From NCBI GenBank assembly GCA_963785305.1, contig CAWAUV010000009.1, positions 192,001 through 256,000 of the forward strand: 64,000 nt of DNA, given 5' to 3'. Below, piece by piece: positions 11,350 through 23,500 of the stretch. Made by a program: the position numbers and the translations under genes. Numbering within the stretch: the first letter of the stretch is position 1; each line of letters opens with the position of its first letter. The stretch comes from an uncultured Planctomycetaceae bacterium (GTDB lineage Bacteria > Planctomycetota > Planctomycetia > Pirellulales > PALSA-1355). The notes beneath the pieces were generated by a model. That model had not been told where the DNA came from. It did not search any database and saw only the letters and a program-made list of their open reading frames with translations.

Positions 11350-12714
11350 ATGAGTTCTTCCGCCCGAAGCTCGTCGCTCTTGAAACGTCTCGCGGCGGCG
11401 CCGTTGTTTGCCGCGATGTTCGCGACGCTCGGCGGAGTGTTCGCCCTCGTGGGACCGACGAGCAATGCCATTGCCGGCGATCGGCCCTCGCCGCGCTTCG
11501 AGCGCGAACTGGCCGAGTATCGCGCGCCTCCCGGCCGATCAGCGCCTCGCGTGGCTCGAGCGGCTGCTCGGCGAGCGATCGCAGCGCGCGGTGCGCTGGG
11601 CGAAATCGGCCGACGAGCAAATGGCCATCGCCGCATTCAACGCCGAAGTGCTCGCGCGCGCTCGGGCCGGCAAATCGCTTTCCAATGCGGGGCTTGTGCG
11701 TTTGCTCGGCCGGACCGACATGCTCGAGTGCCTCCGCCATCGAACAGTTGACTCGCGACTACGAGCGAGCGCTGGCCGGCGCATGGGCCACGAACGCCCA
11801 CGCCCGCGAGATGCGAATGGAAGCCTGGCGACGGGTTGAAAAATCATGGCGCGCCGCGGGAAGCCGAAGTGACGAGCAACGGCTGCTCATTGCCTGGTTG
11901 ACCGAAGCGACCGCGCGAATCGATCGCGGCCAAACGGCGAGCTTGCCCGCGCGGCCGCGGTTTGGTGAACCGGCGCGAGCCCACCCGGGGCGATGGTCCG
12001 TCGCGATTGCTGGCTGACAAGCCGGTCGCGCCCGAGGCGAGCGTTCCCCAGCCGAAGGCAAGCAGTCCCGCGCCGAGATTTGCGAGCGCCGCGCCCGACC
12101 TGTCGCACTCGGCGCCCAGCGAGCCGATCACGGCGCCGAAGGCGGCAATCGCGCTCTCGAAGCCCACGAGCGCGGAGCCGAGCAATTCGCGCTCGCGTCC
12201 GCAAGTCGTTCGCGCGGCGACGCCACCCGTTGCCCCGCGCATCCAAGCCGCGGCGGTCGCGCTTCCGTCGCCGCCGGCGCAAGAATCCGCGCAAGCTGTC
12301 TCGGCTTCACAAGAAACGCTCGCGCTCGCCGATGTTCATGGCATCGATCCCAAGGAATTGGCCGATCGGCTTTCTGGATACCGTGCCTCGCTGGCCCGAC
12401 TCAATGGGCATGTGCAGGCGACCGCGATATCCAGCGCGAGCGAGCTGGAAACCGTGGTCGACGAACTCGAGGAGATCGTGCTTCGCCGCGGCGACTTGCT
12501 GCTCTATGTGCGGCTCATGTCGCCATCGGAAGAGAGTCCGCAACTGGCGAGCCCCGCGCGGACACTCAGCGCCGTGAGCAGTCGGATTTCGGTAGCTCGG
12601 CAGCGGGTGCAAGCGGCGCCAGGGAACGAAGCCGATCCTCGCGCGGAGTTCGACCAACTCGGCGAGCTTTCGCGGCGCGTGGCCGATCTAGCATCGCAGC
12701 TACAACGTCAATGA
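11350..12714 (+). CDS. Hypothetical exported protein (helical domains with a Pro/Ala linker), reconstructed across about 3 frameshifts
   Basis: A signal-like [17 protein letters not shown] segment, then protein-like segments in successive frames ending ...[11 protein letters not shown] at 12714. Confidence 0.5.
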
Positions 12715-12751
12715 CGTGCGCGATGTGAAGGGTGCTCGCCGGGCGCGAAGG

Positions 12752-12970
12752 TCATGAATGCTTCGTCGGCGACGCATTGCCGCGCGGAGCGAGGCCGATC
12801 GTGACCAACTCTTGGCCGCCGACGGTTTTGCCGGGGGCGCCGCAACCGCAGCCGCCTCCGCAAGCGCCGGTTTTGGCTTGGGTCCAAGCGCCCCAAATGG
12901 ATCGTGAAATCCGCCACCCGGCCCAGGCCACGGCGGCGAAGACGATCGTATTCTGCCCCAGCCAGGTCAT
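12752..12970 (-). CDS. Small Cys-rich membrane protein (resembles the FeoB-associated Cys-rich family)
   Basis: 72 aa: N-terminal TM helix followed by GACGGGCGC. Confidence 0.6.
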   Translation of the reverse strand: MTWLGQNTIVFAAVAWAGWRISRSIWGAWTQAKTGACGGGCGCGAPGKTVGGQELVTIGLAPRGNASPTKHS

Positions 12971-13125
12971 GTTGAATATCGCCCCGTCGAATATCCGTCT
13001 GTTTGATCGAGGACGATGGGAGCACTCGCGCCCACGCGCCTCGCCAGCCGCCGCGCTCGTATTCTAGGCATCCCCTGTTCGATAGGACAACGGACCACTT
13101 CGTTTACTGGCGCGGTTTCAGGGCA

Positions 13126-13659
13126 TCAGGGCGTGGCGGCAGCCGCGGCGTTTGGCGCGCCGGCCACGGAGTCGGACACATAGGGATTGATAATCATTTT
13201 CGGCCGCGGCGATTGCCCGGCGCCAACCCGCGAGGCCGAATTGGCGTTGTAGCCCGACGCCGCCGCGCTATTGCTCCAGCCACCAATGACACGGCCGCCC
13301 GTGAGCGAGTCGCTCGGCCCAGGCGCCGAAGTGGGCGCGGGGCCGGGCGCCGAAGTGGGCTGCGGAGAAACGAAGGGATTGATGATGTCGAGCGGCTCGG
13401 GCGCGACCGCCAATTCCGGAGTCATCACGCCGGGCGGATAGGCAAACGGACTGTAGCCATAAGTTCGCGGCACGGGATAGCTGTAATACACCGGCGGAAA
13501 CTTGGCATAGTAGGGAAGCTGCTCCTGGCTTTGAAAGTAGTTGTATGGCAAGCCCGTGATGTTGCCAAAACCGAAGGGGCCTTGAGCGCGTGCGTCACGC
13601 GTGGCCAACCCCAAGAGGCCCACGAGCGCCAAGGCCGCGATTGTTCGAGACATTTTCAT
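13126..13659 (-). CDS. Hypothetical secreted Tyr/Pro-rich protein
   Basis: Signal peptide ending DARA, then LPYYAKFPPVYYSYPVPRTYGYSPFAYPPG and two IINP(F/Y)V motifs. Confidence 0.65.
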   Translation of the reverse strand: MKMSRTIAALALVGLLGLATRDARAQGPFGFGNITGLPYNYFQSQEQLPYYAKFPPVYYSYPVPRTYGYSPFAYPPGVMTPELAVAPEPLDIINPFVSPQPTSAPGPAPTSAPGPSDSLTGGRVIGGWSNSAAASGYNANSASRVGAGQSPRPKMIINPYVSDSVAGAPNAAAAATP

Positions 13660-13772
13660 TGCGCCACCCCACGATGCTGTCATTGCCGCAGTTTCCTCGA
13701 CCGATGCTTCCACACTAAACGGCCACGAGACCGGCTGCAAGCAGCGAACTCTCCGCGACGATCGGAAAGCGA

Positions 13773-14099
13773 TCATGGTTGGCGCGTCGCCGCGGGTTGC
13801 GAGGAAGGTAGCGAATTTGCCGGCGGTTCGGCCGATGCATCGGACTTCGAAGCGACTGGCGGCTCGGCTGGCGACGCTTCGTCGGCCGGTTCGTTGACGT
13901 CAAGCCGCGGCAATGGATAGGGCTCCTTGGAGCCTGGCAAGTCCGGCAACTTGAAGATCGGAACGCCGATCTCCTCGTCGCTCGGTCGAGACTCGCACCC
14001 GCCCGAGGCCAGCAGGGCGCCGGTCACCGCGAGCGCCACGAACAGGCGGAATCCGCGCCGAGGAACGTCGCGGCGACCACACGAAGCGTAGCGATACAT
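13773..14099 (-). CDS. Putative lipoprotein
   Basis: Basic N-region, hydrophobic core and lipobox-like LASGGC, then a Pro/acidic tail. The stop overlaps the next minus-strand ORF. Confidence 0.5.
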   Translation of the reverse strand: MYRYASCGRRDVPRRGFRLFVALAVTGALLASGGCESRPSDEEIGVPIFKLPDLPGSKEPYPLPRLDVNEPADEASPAEPPVASKSDASAEPPANSLPSSQPAATRQP

Positions 14100-14241
14100 G
14101 GGCTGATTTCTCTCCAGATCGAAAACCAACGGGCGCGGAACATGGCGCCCGCCGGCGCTGTTCTTTTTACCATTGCCCTTGCTGGACCAACAGCGCTGGG
14201 ATCTTGGCGGATGATCGCCGTGTTGTTTCGCGCATCGCCGC

Positions 14242-14721
14242 TCACTTCCGCCAGCGGTGGCTCAGGCGACCGGAACCGTAGGTGAGCGAGAGCGCCGCGC
14301 AGGCGATCGTGGCGCACCAGAGCGATGCCCCGCCCGGAGCGGTTTGCATATCGAGCGGCGCGGGCGTGAACCGAGGCGTCGAGAGATTGGCGCCCAGCGC
14401 CACGCAATACAGAATCGCCACGGTCGCCGTCACGAACATGGCTACCCGCATCGTCGCCCAGTCGGGCACAAGCAGTATCCACGCGGCGTAAGCCAGTTCG
14501 AGCATCGCCAGCAACACGCTCACGCGAGCCCAAGGCGGCGCGGTGGCCGGGTCGAGTTGCAAGATCGCCGGCGCAACTTGTAAGATCGCCAGCAGCACAA
14601 TGCCGAACGCCACCGGCGCGGCATGGCGAAGCCCAAAACGCTCGACCGGCCGAGGTCCTGGCCCGGGTCCATACGTTTGGGGCGAGATTCTTGTGGTCCG
14701 CTCGCGTTCTTCGCCCGGCAT
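14242..14721 (-). CDS. Hypothetical four-TM membrane protein
   Basis: Four hydrophobic segments (AFGIVLLAILQVA; VSVLLAMLELAYAAWILL; VAMFVTATVAILY; LWCATIACAALSL). Start codon uncertain. Confidence 0.6.
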   Translation of the reverse strand: MPGEERERTTRISPQTYGPGPGPRPVERFGLRHAAPVAFGIVLLAILQVAPAILQLDPATAPPWARVSVLLAMLELAYAAWILLVPDWATMRVAMFVTATVAILYCVALGANLSTPRFTPAPLDMQTAPGGASLWCATIACAALSLTYGSGRLSHRWRK

Positions 14722-15189
14722 CCGAAAGACCTCGCGCACTCGTGCACATGCATTTCGTGTTTGGGGTGGAAACTTGCAAAACCACTGCCGCAAGTGGCAA
14801 TTTCAGTGTCGACCCCGGCCCATGGCCCCGTCAAGCCTTTCGCTGAAAGGGCATATGACAAATCGCCCTTCTCCCCAATTGGGAACGGGTAGCGCGAGGG
14901 CTGGCTGCTTTGGAACTGCTTCGGACGGGGGCGCGGCGGCATGTCGGCGCCGTCATAAGCCCGAAAATCGGCGCCGCCGGCAGTCGATTCCGGATCAGGA
15001 TTCGGCCGAGGGCCAGCGATCCCAAAACCGGGCATCGCCAGGGGCCGAATTGATGGACTTTGGCGCCCATCTAGTGCTACACTTGGAGAAATCGGAAAAT
15101 TTCATTGCCGGTAGAGTATTCAGCCCACGCGAAGCTCCACGAATTGTTAAGCGCGCGCTTTCGCGGTTCGCGCGCCCAGGGGGGATTTT

Positions 15190-18118
15190 ATGTTTAGTGT
15201 CGCATCGTGCCCAAGGTGTACGGCTCAGGTCTTGCTTCCCGACGGAGCAACGCCGGCTCACCATGTTCGGTGCCCGCTCTGCCATCGCGAATATTCATTG
15301 AGCGAAGTGTTCGCCAATTTGCCGCCGGCCCTAGTGGTCGTGGGCGGTCCCGAAGCCGAACCCCTTGCTTCGGACTGGGGTCACGCTTTGCCCCCGGCCG
15401 CGGGCGGCGCGACCGAAGGCTTCGCCGCCGACCATGCGTCTGGTCTCGCCAATGGCGCGACCTCCGCGGAGCCGGAACTGGACTTTGATTTTTCCGGCGA
15501 CGAAGAGTTAATGCCGTTCGACGAGCCCGCCGCGCCGGTGGAACACGCTTCGCCCGACGCGCCGATCGCCTTGGAACATGTCGGCGAAACGACGCCGCGC
15601 GCCGCGGAGCCCGCGCCGCATGAAAACACGGCGCCGCATGAAAACATCGTCGGCGAAACTCCTGAAGAGCTATCGTTCGACGCCCCCGAGGAACTGCATT
15701 TCACGGAGTCTGAAGATCTCGAATTCGGAGACCCAGGGCCATTCGCGGAGGTCGAGGGCAGCCTGCCGCACGACCCGATGTTCGGCGCCCCCGCGGCGGA
15801 ACATGGCGAACAGCCGATCCCATTTGCCGAAACGCCCGCGGGCGGCGAGCACGAAGCGCTGCCCGGCGATGCCTTTGGCAAAGCGGCCGACGACTCCGGT
15901 TTTTCATTTCCCGACGAGCCGCTGGTCGGCTTCGAAGATCCGCTTGGCCCCGGAGCGACGGCCGATGCAATGCCGCATGGCGGCGCCGGGCGCGCCATCG
16001 GCGGAAGCGGCGCCCGGCGAGGAAATGGCCGCCGAGGATTTCGCCGGCTTCGAGCCGGTCGACGAAGCCAATCCGTTTGCCCCCGGCGAGGACGACGACG
16101 CCTTCAAACACGAAGACGAGTTTGGCCCGATCGAGGGATTCGACGAATCGGCCCCGCTGCATGAGACCACGAGCGACGCGGCCGGATTGCAGCCAAGCGA
16201 ACATTTTATTCCGGCCGGAGCCGATGATGGCGACGAACTCGAATTCGCCCCGACTATGCCGGCCGCCACGGCCGAGGCCGAAGCCAGCGAGCCCGCGCCC
16301 AAGAAGGGCAAGAAAGCCGCCAAGGGCAAGCCCTCGAAACCGGCTCGCGCCGCCAAACCGCGAAGTCGCAAATCGCTCGTGGCCACGCTGCTGTTTTTGT
16401 TGTTTGGCGGCGGACTGGCGATGACTTGCACGTATCTGGCCCTTTTGAAATTCGTGGGCGTGAAGGCCGACTTCCTGCACTTGGCCTCGGTGTTGCCAGC
16501 GGCGATCGCTCCATTTGATTACCATGCGCCTCGCGCCAAGCCGAGCGGACCCACGGCGCTGGCTCAAAACACCGCGCCAGCGCCCGGCGCTGCTCCCCTG
16601 GCCGACCCCGATCAAGCCGGCCAGCCCGCGGGAACGACGCCCGACATGTCGAAACCGGAAGCTCCGGCCGCCGACGAGATGCCCGCGGCGGAACCGCCGG
16701 CTGGCGGCGATGTGGCGGCGCCCGGCGAAGCCGTTCCCGGAGTGGCGCCGCTCGAGACGAGCGATCCGCTCGACGACCTTTTGAGTCCCAAGAAGTCGAC
16801 CAAGCCCTCGGCGGCCGGTGGTCTGGCCGATGAAATGCCGGAAGTGAAGGCGGACGAGCCGGCAGTCGATCCCGATCCGCTCGCCGTCGACGACGCCTTT
16901 GCCACGCCGACTGGTAAGAAGACGAAAAAGCCGGTCGCCGACGAAATGGCCGAGGACCCGCTGGCCGAAAAGCCGGTCGATCCCTTAGCCGACCCATTGG
17001 CCGGACCGGCCGAGAAGCCCGCCGCCGAAAAGCCGAGCGATGATCTGATGGCCGACGATCCACTCGCCGAAAAGCCCGCCGGCAAGAAGAAGCCCGCCGC
17101 CGAGCAGCCAAGCGATGACCTGATGGCCGATGATCCGCTCGCCGAAAAGCCGGCGGGCAAGAAGAAACCGGTCGACGATGAGCTCTCCGACCTGTTGGGC
17201 GAGCCCGCCACGAAGCCCGCTAAGGAGTCGGTCGGCAAAGAAGACATGGACCTGCCGCCTGCCGGCCCGACCGAGAAGCCCGAGGCCTCGGTCGACGATC
17301 TGCTCGCTCCCGAACCCAAGGCGGCATCCAGAGCGAAGGAAGCCGCTCCGCCGGAGGAAATGCCCGAGGAAAAACAGGTAAAGGCGCCGGCCGAAGAGAT
17401 GCCCGACGAGACTGTCACGAACAAGACTCCCGCGGAGGCTGATCCGCTAGCGGATATCGTGAAGCCCGCGACGGATAAGCCCTCGCCCGAAAAGCCACCC
17501 GAGCCGCCTGCCGAAGAGCCCGCCGCTCCGGCGATCGCGCCGCTCAACGCCGCCAGCTATCCGGCGTCGGTGATCGAGACCGCGCTCAAGGAGGCTCAGC
17601 AGAGTGACGAGCAGATGAGCGATCCGGAGAATATCCCGGCCGTCGATCTGAAAAAGGCGAAGGCCCGCTATCGGTTGCGGTTGTATAAGCTCGGCGAGAC
17701 GATCACGAATCCGGCCGCCGACCTCGACCCGCTGGCGCTTGCCGACGCCAAGACCGCGGCGATCGAGCTCCTCAAGGAGACAGCGAAGAACCCGCAAAAG
17801 GTGGCCTTGCTCGATTCGGCCGCCGGCAAATGGCTCAGCTTCGCGGGCCGGGAAAAGCCGTCGGGCATTGTGCTCGTGGGCGCCGTGAGCAAGGTGGCCA
17901 AACATGGCAAGCTCTTCGAGCAGCAGATGACGATTCCGGGCGAGGCCGAACCGGTGAGCGTGTTTAGCGCCACGAAGCCCACCGCGGCCGAGGGCGACCG
18001 CGTGATGCTCTTGGGCAGCGTGGTCGACGACCCGGCCGCCAACATTCCGGGCTACACCGGCAACCAAGCCGCCGCGGTCTGGAGCGGCCCAAGTCTGAAA
18101 CTGCCCGCGAGCGAGTAG
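15190..18118 (+). CDS. Zinc-ribbon bitopic membrane protein with long acidic/Pro-rich disordered regions (frameshift near 15980)
   Basis: N-terminal CPRC-x16-CPLC, an acidic linker, a Lys-rich stretch before the TM helix LVATLLFLLFGGGL, Pro/Asp/Glu-rich repeats and a globular C-terminus. Confidence 0.7.
17015..17164 (+). repeat. Intragenic 75-bp tandem duplication encoding KPAAE(K/Q)PSDDLMADDPLAEKPAGKK twice
   Basis: Two near-identical units start at 17015 and 17090. Confidence 0.85.
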
Positions 18119-18229
18119 CGCCGCTGAACGGGAGAGATCGAAATCCTTTGGATAACCCGGACGAAGTGAAGGCGAAGCGGCGCTACGTTTAGCCGACGCG
18201 ATCGCGCATTTCCGGCCGGCCGCGAGACT

Positions 18230-19438
18230 TTACTCGGGCAAGTGATGGCCGAGTTTGTCTCGCTTCGTGGCGATGTAGCGGGCGTTGTGTTCGTTTACCG
18301 GCGGGCGGATCGGGATTTGGTCGACCACTTGCAGCTCGAAGCCGTCATAGATGAAGGCGTCGGTCTTTTTCGGATTGTTCGTCAGGAGCCGCACCTTCGT
18401 GAGCCCCATGTCCTTGAGCAGTTGGATGCCGACTCCGTAGTCGCGCACATCGGCTTTGAAGCCGAGCGCGAGATTGGCCTCGACCGTGTCGAGCCCCTGG
18501 TCTTGCAAGGCATAGGCTTTGATCTTTTCGACCAGCCCAATCCCGCGCCCTTCTTGCGGCAGATAGACCAGCACTCCCACTCCCTCGCGCCCGATCATGT
18601 CGAGCGCCATGCGAAGCTGATCGCCGCAATCGCAGCGGAGCGAGTTGAGCACATCGCCAGTGAAGCAGGAGGAATGCAGCCTCACCAGCGGCGCCTCGAC
18701 CGAATCGAGATCGCCCATCACCAAGGCAAAAGGCTGCTGGGCCTCGTAATGCACGCCATAGAAGATGATCTTGAACTCGCCGGCCGGGGTCGGCAACCGC
18801 GATTCGGTGATGCGATAGACCAGCTTCTCGCTCCGGCGGCGATAGCGGATCAATTCCTCGATGGAAATAATGGGCAAGTCGAACTGTTGGGCGAGCGAGA
18901 AAAGCAGCTCGCGATCGGCCCGGTCGCCGCTGGGTCCCAAGATTTCGCAGAGCACTCCGGCTGGCGCGAGCTGCGCGAGCCGGGCGAGATCGACCGCCGC
19001 CTCGGTGTGGCCGGCCCGGCGAAGCACGCCGCCCTCCTTGGCCACGAGCGGAAACAGATGCCCCGGCCGCACGAAATCGGTCGCCTTGCTGGCCGGATTG
19101 ATGATTTCGAGAATCGCATGGGCCCGCTCCTGGGCCGTGATGCCGGTGCGGGCGGAGCGATGATCGACCGGCACCGTGAACGATGTGCCCAGCGGGGTGG
19201 TGTTGGCGTCGACCATGGGCGCCAGCTTCAGCCGATCGCACACTTCCGGCAACAGCGGCATGCAAAGCTGCCCGCGGCCATGGGTGATCATGAAATTCAC
19301 GATCTCGGGAGTGACTTTCTCAGCGGCGCAAATGAAGTCGCCCTCGTTTTCGCGATCTTCCGCGTCGACCACGATCACGACCTTGCCGTGGCGAATGGCC
19401 TTGATCACCTCGTCGACCGATGAAAACACTTCGGACAT
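18230..19438 (-). CDS. ribBA: Bifunctional 3,4-dihydroxy-2-butanone-4-phosphate synthase / GTP cyclohydrolase II
   Basis: DRENEGD, RPGHLFPL, RAGHTEA, VRLHSSCFTGD, RCDCGDQL, QEGRGIGL and RLLTNNPKK. Confidence 0.97.
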   Translation of the reverse strand: MSEVFSSVDEVIKAIRHGKVVIVVDAEDRENEGDFICAAEKVTPEIVNFMITHGRGQLCMPLLPEVCDRLKLAPMVDANTTPLGTSFTVPVDHRSARTGITAQERAHAILEIINPASKATDFVRPGHLFPLVAKEGGVLRRAGHTEAAVDLARLAQLAPAGVLCEILGPSGDRADRELLFSLAQQFDLPIISIEELIRYRRRSEKLVYRITESRLPTPAGEFKIIFYGVHYEAQQPFALVMGDLDSVEAPLVRLHSSCFTGDVLNSLRCDCGDQLRMALDMIGREGVGVLVYLPQEGRGIGLVEKIKAYALQDQGLDTVEANLALGFKADVRDYGVGIQLLKDMGLTKVRLLTNNPKKTDAFIYDGFELQVVDQIPIRPPVNEHNARYIATKRDKLGHHLPE

Positions 19439-19676
19439 AAAAAACCACGCTCCAGGAAAGATCGCGCCCCCGCGCGGCCGGGAGCGAATTTCGGTAAACG
19501 CCCCAATTAGGAACTCGCGTCGCCCGCGGGGCCTTCTTATTATAGAAGACATTGTCCCGCAAGGGGCAGCGGCGCCGGGCGCCAAAATGGGCGACTTCCG
19601 CGGCCGAGCTTTTTCCCCCGCTAGCGTCTGGCCTTTGTCCAGTCGCTGGATGGACCGTGTTCCTGGAATCCGCGGC

Positions 19677-20516
19677 ATGCTCGATCGCGAAGAATATATC
19701 GAACAAGCGCACTTCTTTCATGCGCTCAAGGAGCGACTCGTGTCGACGCCGGCTCAAGAACTGCTCGAGCCGCTCAAGGAAGAACTGCTCGCGACCACAA
19801 AATTGCCGATGGCCATCGACTTCATGGCCGCCGAGCTTCGGCTCAAGGGGGCACTCGCTCCCGCGTTTGCCAAGCTCAGGCATTATTTCACGCCGTTTCA
19901 AGCGTTCGTCGTCGGCGAGGCGGAAAACGAACGCGGCAAGTTCGACCTGCGAGTCGCCCTCGAAATCCTCGAGCGCGAAGCCACCTATCGAGCCGCTGGC
20001 GCCGGGCCCCAGGGGCTGTTCCTCTACCAGTTCGAGTGTCTCTGTCGCAACCGACTCGGCTACGATCATGGCCTCGAGGCCGTGGCCGGCGATCCGATGT
20101 ACGACGCCGCCTGGAGAGAGTGGATCCTCATTGTGCGCCGACAGGTGGGGCTCGTCGACTTGGCCGACCTGATCCATGCTCGCAGTCGCTACTACTGGCA
20201 GCAGCGCGTCGCGCACGGCGAAACCAGCGAGGGACCCGCGAAACCGATTTTGTTCGGCGAGAAAGAAGGCCGAATCGCGGCCGCGAACCGGCGGAAAGAT
20301 CCGCTGTTGCTATTCGCCGCGCTGTCACGGCAACTGGGTTATCCGCAAGCCCCGCGCCCGAAGCCGGTCGATCAAACACCCGACGCTTGGCTTGGGCTCT
20401 CACGACGGCTCGAGCGAATCGAATCGCACTTGAAGCTGATCGAGGAAGACATCAAGGGCAAAGTCGACCTGACCAAGTTCTATAGTCCGAAACCACAAGC
20501 GGGCGGCGACATCTGA
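19677..20516 (+). CDS. Hypothetical protein, divergent from ribBA
   Basis: Intact 279-aa ORF of globular composition (MLDREEYIEQAHFF...FLYQFECLCRNRLGY...LFGEKEGRIA). Confidence 0.75.
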   Translation: MLDREEYIEQAHFFHALKERLVSTPAQELLEPLKEELLATTKLPMAIDFMAAELRLKGALAPAFAKLRHYFTPFQAFVVGEAENERGKFDLRVALEILEREATYRAAGAGPQGLFLYQFECLCRNRLGYDHGLEAVAGDPMYDAAWREWILIVRRQVGLVDLADLIHARSRYYWQQRVAHGETSEGPAKPILFGEKEGRIAAANRRKDPLLLFAALSRQLGYPQAPRPKPVDQTPDAWLGLSRRLERIESHLKLIEEDIKGKVDLTKFYSPKPQAGGDI

Positions 20517-20534
20517 CGCGCACGATCTCGCGCG

Positions 20535-23500
20535 GCTTCCATCCCACCGCCGGGCTTCAATCCCACCACCACTGGCCTGGGGCGAGTTGTTCGGCATGGA
20601 CTTCCTCGCGAGCCTTGGCGACTTTGCCATTGTCGTCGTGGAGCAGGTTGGCGTCTTCGAGCGCTTTCTTCGGATGCAGCTCCACGCCGCCGCCCACCGG
20701 CGTCATCAAGGTCGCCCCGCGCCACACGCCCGCCACGCAGGTTTCCGTCTCGCGCGGCGTGTTGAGCGTTTCCACCGCGTAGGCCTGCTCATCGCGAAAC
20801 AGATCGGCCGACCAGCCGGCTTTGCCGTAGTAGTCGTGCTTGGCCATGAAAGCCGCCGCGATGGCCAAATCCACGCAATTCCGAAGCTGGGCATACACCG
20901 GAACCACCGACGCCAGTTCCGCATATTTGGCCGTGAAGCCGGTGACGAATAGTTCGCTCGCCTTGTTGCCTTGCTTCGACACGATCCGCGAGCCGTTGGC
21001 CGCCACCACCTCATGCTCGCAGGCCAGCCGCACCCCGTTGCCCACAAGTTGCATGCCCGACTCATCGCCCAGCACCCGCACACATTGGTAGTGCGGCACA
21101 AACCACCACCGCTCCATCGCGTTGCGGCTAATCTGCGAGGGATTGGCCCGGTCGACATAGCAGGCCAGCTTCACCGGAGTGCGCTCCATGCCCAGCCCGA
21201 TCAGCTTCATCCGGTAGTCGGCTTCGATCAGCACCTGGGCAAAGTGGGTCTTGGCCGCGATGCCCTGGACGCGAATATCTTGCATGCCGAGCGCCTCGCG
21301 CATCCCGTTGACAATGTAATCCGCGTCGTCGGGCGTCGCATTCCGACGCGCTTCGGCAATGAACTGATTCATCGCCGCCAGACCCGCCGGACGCGGATCG
21401 ATCGACACCAGCATCACCGGCGCTCCCGGCTTGCCGGGCGGGAAGGCGCAGGGCCACGATCAGGTCTTGCAACTCGAGCGTCGTCCAGCCGCTTTCGATC
21501 CCGCGGGCCCGACCGGCCGGATCGACCGCCCAGGCTTCGGCCGGACCGGCCAGCACGATATCCTTCGTCTCGGGATAATAGAACACATAGTTCAGCCGCG
21601 TGAGCCCGGCCAAGTAGAGCATCTCTTCCGTGGGGCCGAGCTTCTTATCGAGCCGATCCTTCAGCGCCGACTCGAGCCGATTGAGCGACACCTTGCGGAA
21701 CTTGCTCGCCGCCCCAAGTTGCTTGCCAAGCTTCACCCGCGCCGCCATCATCCGCTGACGAACAAGCTGCGGATCGTCTTGAAATACCTCGTTGCGCAGC
21801 ACGCCAGCGGCGTCGACAAGCACACCGTTGGCCCCGCTCGCCCCGCCGGCGCCACCCGCGGCGCCGCCGCCGCCGCCCAGCAGTCCGCCGAGCCCGCCAC
21901 CGCCACCGCCTCCGCGGCCGATGCAACCATGCGACTCGGGCAAGAGCGACTTCGATGGCGCCGTCAGCACTGCCAGGGCGATGAAACCGAAGAAGGCCAG
22001 ATAGCCGAAAAGATCGCGTCGCATGGGCGAACTTTCATCAAGAAGGGCGAATAAGACTCGAAACGCGATTCGGCGCAGTTCCGTGAAACGGGCGTCGTGG
22101 GCGAAGAACGAACGCGGCGGCTGAGCGCCGAGTCGTGGCCCTCGCGGTGTTTCGATTATAATCGGACGCCAGGAGAGCAACAACAATTTCTGGCCACGAC
22201 CCGGCCTAAAACCGGCTCGAAATGGCGAGCGGGCGTCTCGCTTTTTGCTCAATCGGCTCGCGCCGGAAGATCCGGGAAAATCGCTTCCATCCCACCGCCG
22301 GGCTTCAATCCCACCACCACTGGCCTGGGGCGAGTTGTTCGGCATGGACTTCCTCGCGAGCCTTGGCGACTTTGCCATTGTCGTCGTGGAGCAGGTTGGC
22401 GTCTTCGAGCGCTTTCTTCGGATGCAGCTCCACGCCGCCGCCCACCGGCGTCATCAAGGTCGCCCCGCGCCACACGCCCGCCACGCAGGTTTCCGTCTCG
22501 CGCGGCGTGTTGAGCGTTTCCACCGCGTAGGCCTGCTCATCGCGAAACAGATCGGCCGACCAGCCGGCTTTGCCGTAGTAGTCGTGCTTGGCCATGAAAG
22601 CCGCCGCGATGGCCAAATCCACGCAATTCCGAAGCTGGGCATACACCGGAACCACCGACGCCAGTTCCGCATATTTGGCCGTGAAGCCGGTGACGAATAG
22701 TTCGCTCGCCTTGTTGCCTTGCTTCGACACGATCCGCGAGCCGTTGGCCGCCACCACCTCATGCTCGCAGGCCAGCCGCACCCCGTTGCCCACAAGTTGC
22801 ATGCCCGACTCATCGCCCAGCACCCGCACACATTGGTAGTGCGGCACAAACCACCACCGCTCCATCGCGTTGCGGCTAATCTGCGAGGGATTGGCCCGGT
22901 CGACATAGCAGGCCAGCTTCACCGGAGTGCGCTCCATGCCCAGCCCGATCAGCTTCATCCGGTAGTCGGCTTCGATCAGCACCTGGGCAAAGTGGGTCTT
23001 GGCCGCGATGCCCTGGACGCGAATATCTTGCATGCCGAGCGCCTCGCGCATCCCGTTGACAATGTAATCCGCGTCGTCGGGCGTCGCATTCCGACGCGCT
23101 TCGGCAATGAACTGATTCATCGCCGCCAGACCCGCCGGACGCGGATCGATCGACACCAGCATCACCGGCGCTCCCGGCTTGCCGGGCGGGAAGCGCGCAG
23201 GGCCACGATCAGGTCTTGCAACTCGAGCGTCGTCCAGCCGCTTTCGATCCCGCGGGCCCGACCGGCCGGATCGACCGCCCAGGCTTCGGCCGGACCGGCC
23301 AGCACGATATCCTTCGTCTCGGGATAATAGAACACATAGTTCAGCCGCGTGAGCCCGGCCAAGTAGAGCATCTCTTCCGTGGGGCCGAGCTTCTTATCGA
23401 GCCGATCCTTCAGCGCCGACTCGAGCCGATTGAGCGACACCTTGCGGAACTTGCTCGCCGCCCCAAGTTGCTTGCCAAGCTTCACCCGCGCCGCCATCAT

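Noticed and set aside
19439..19676. FMN riboswitch upstream of ribBA
   Set aside because: I could not find the conserved RFN motifs on the minus strand. An Infernal/Rfam scan would settle it.
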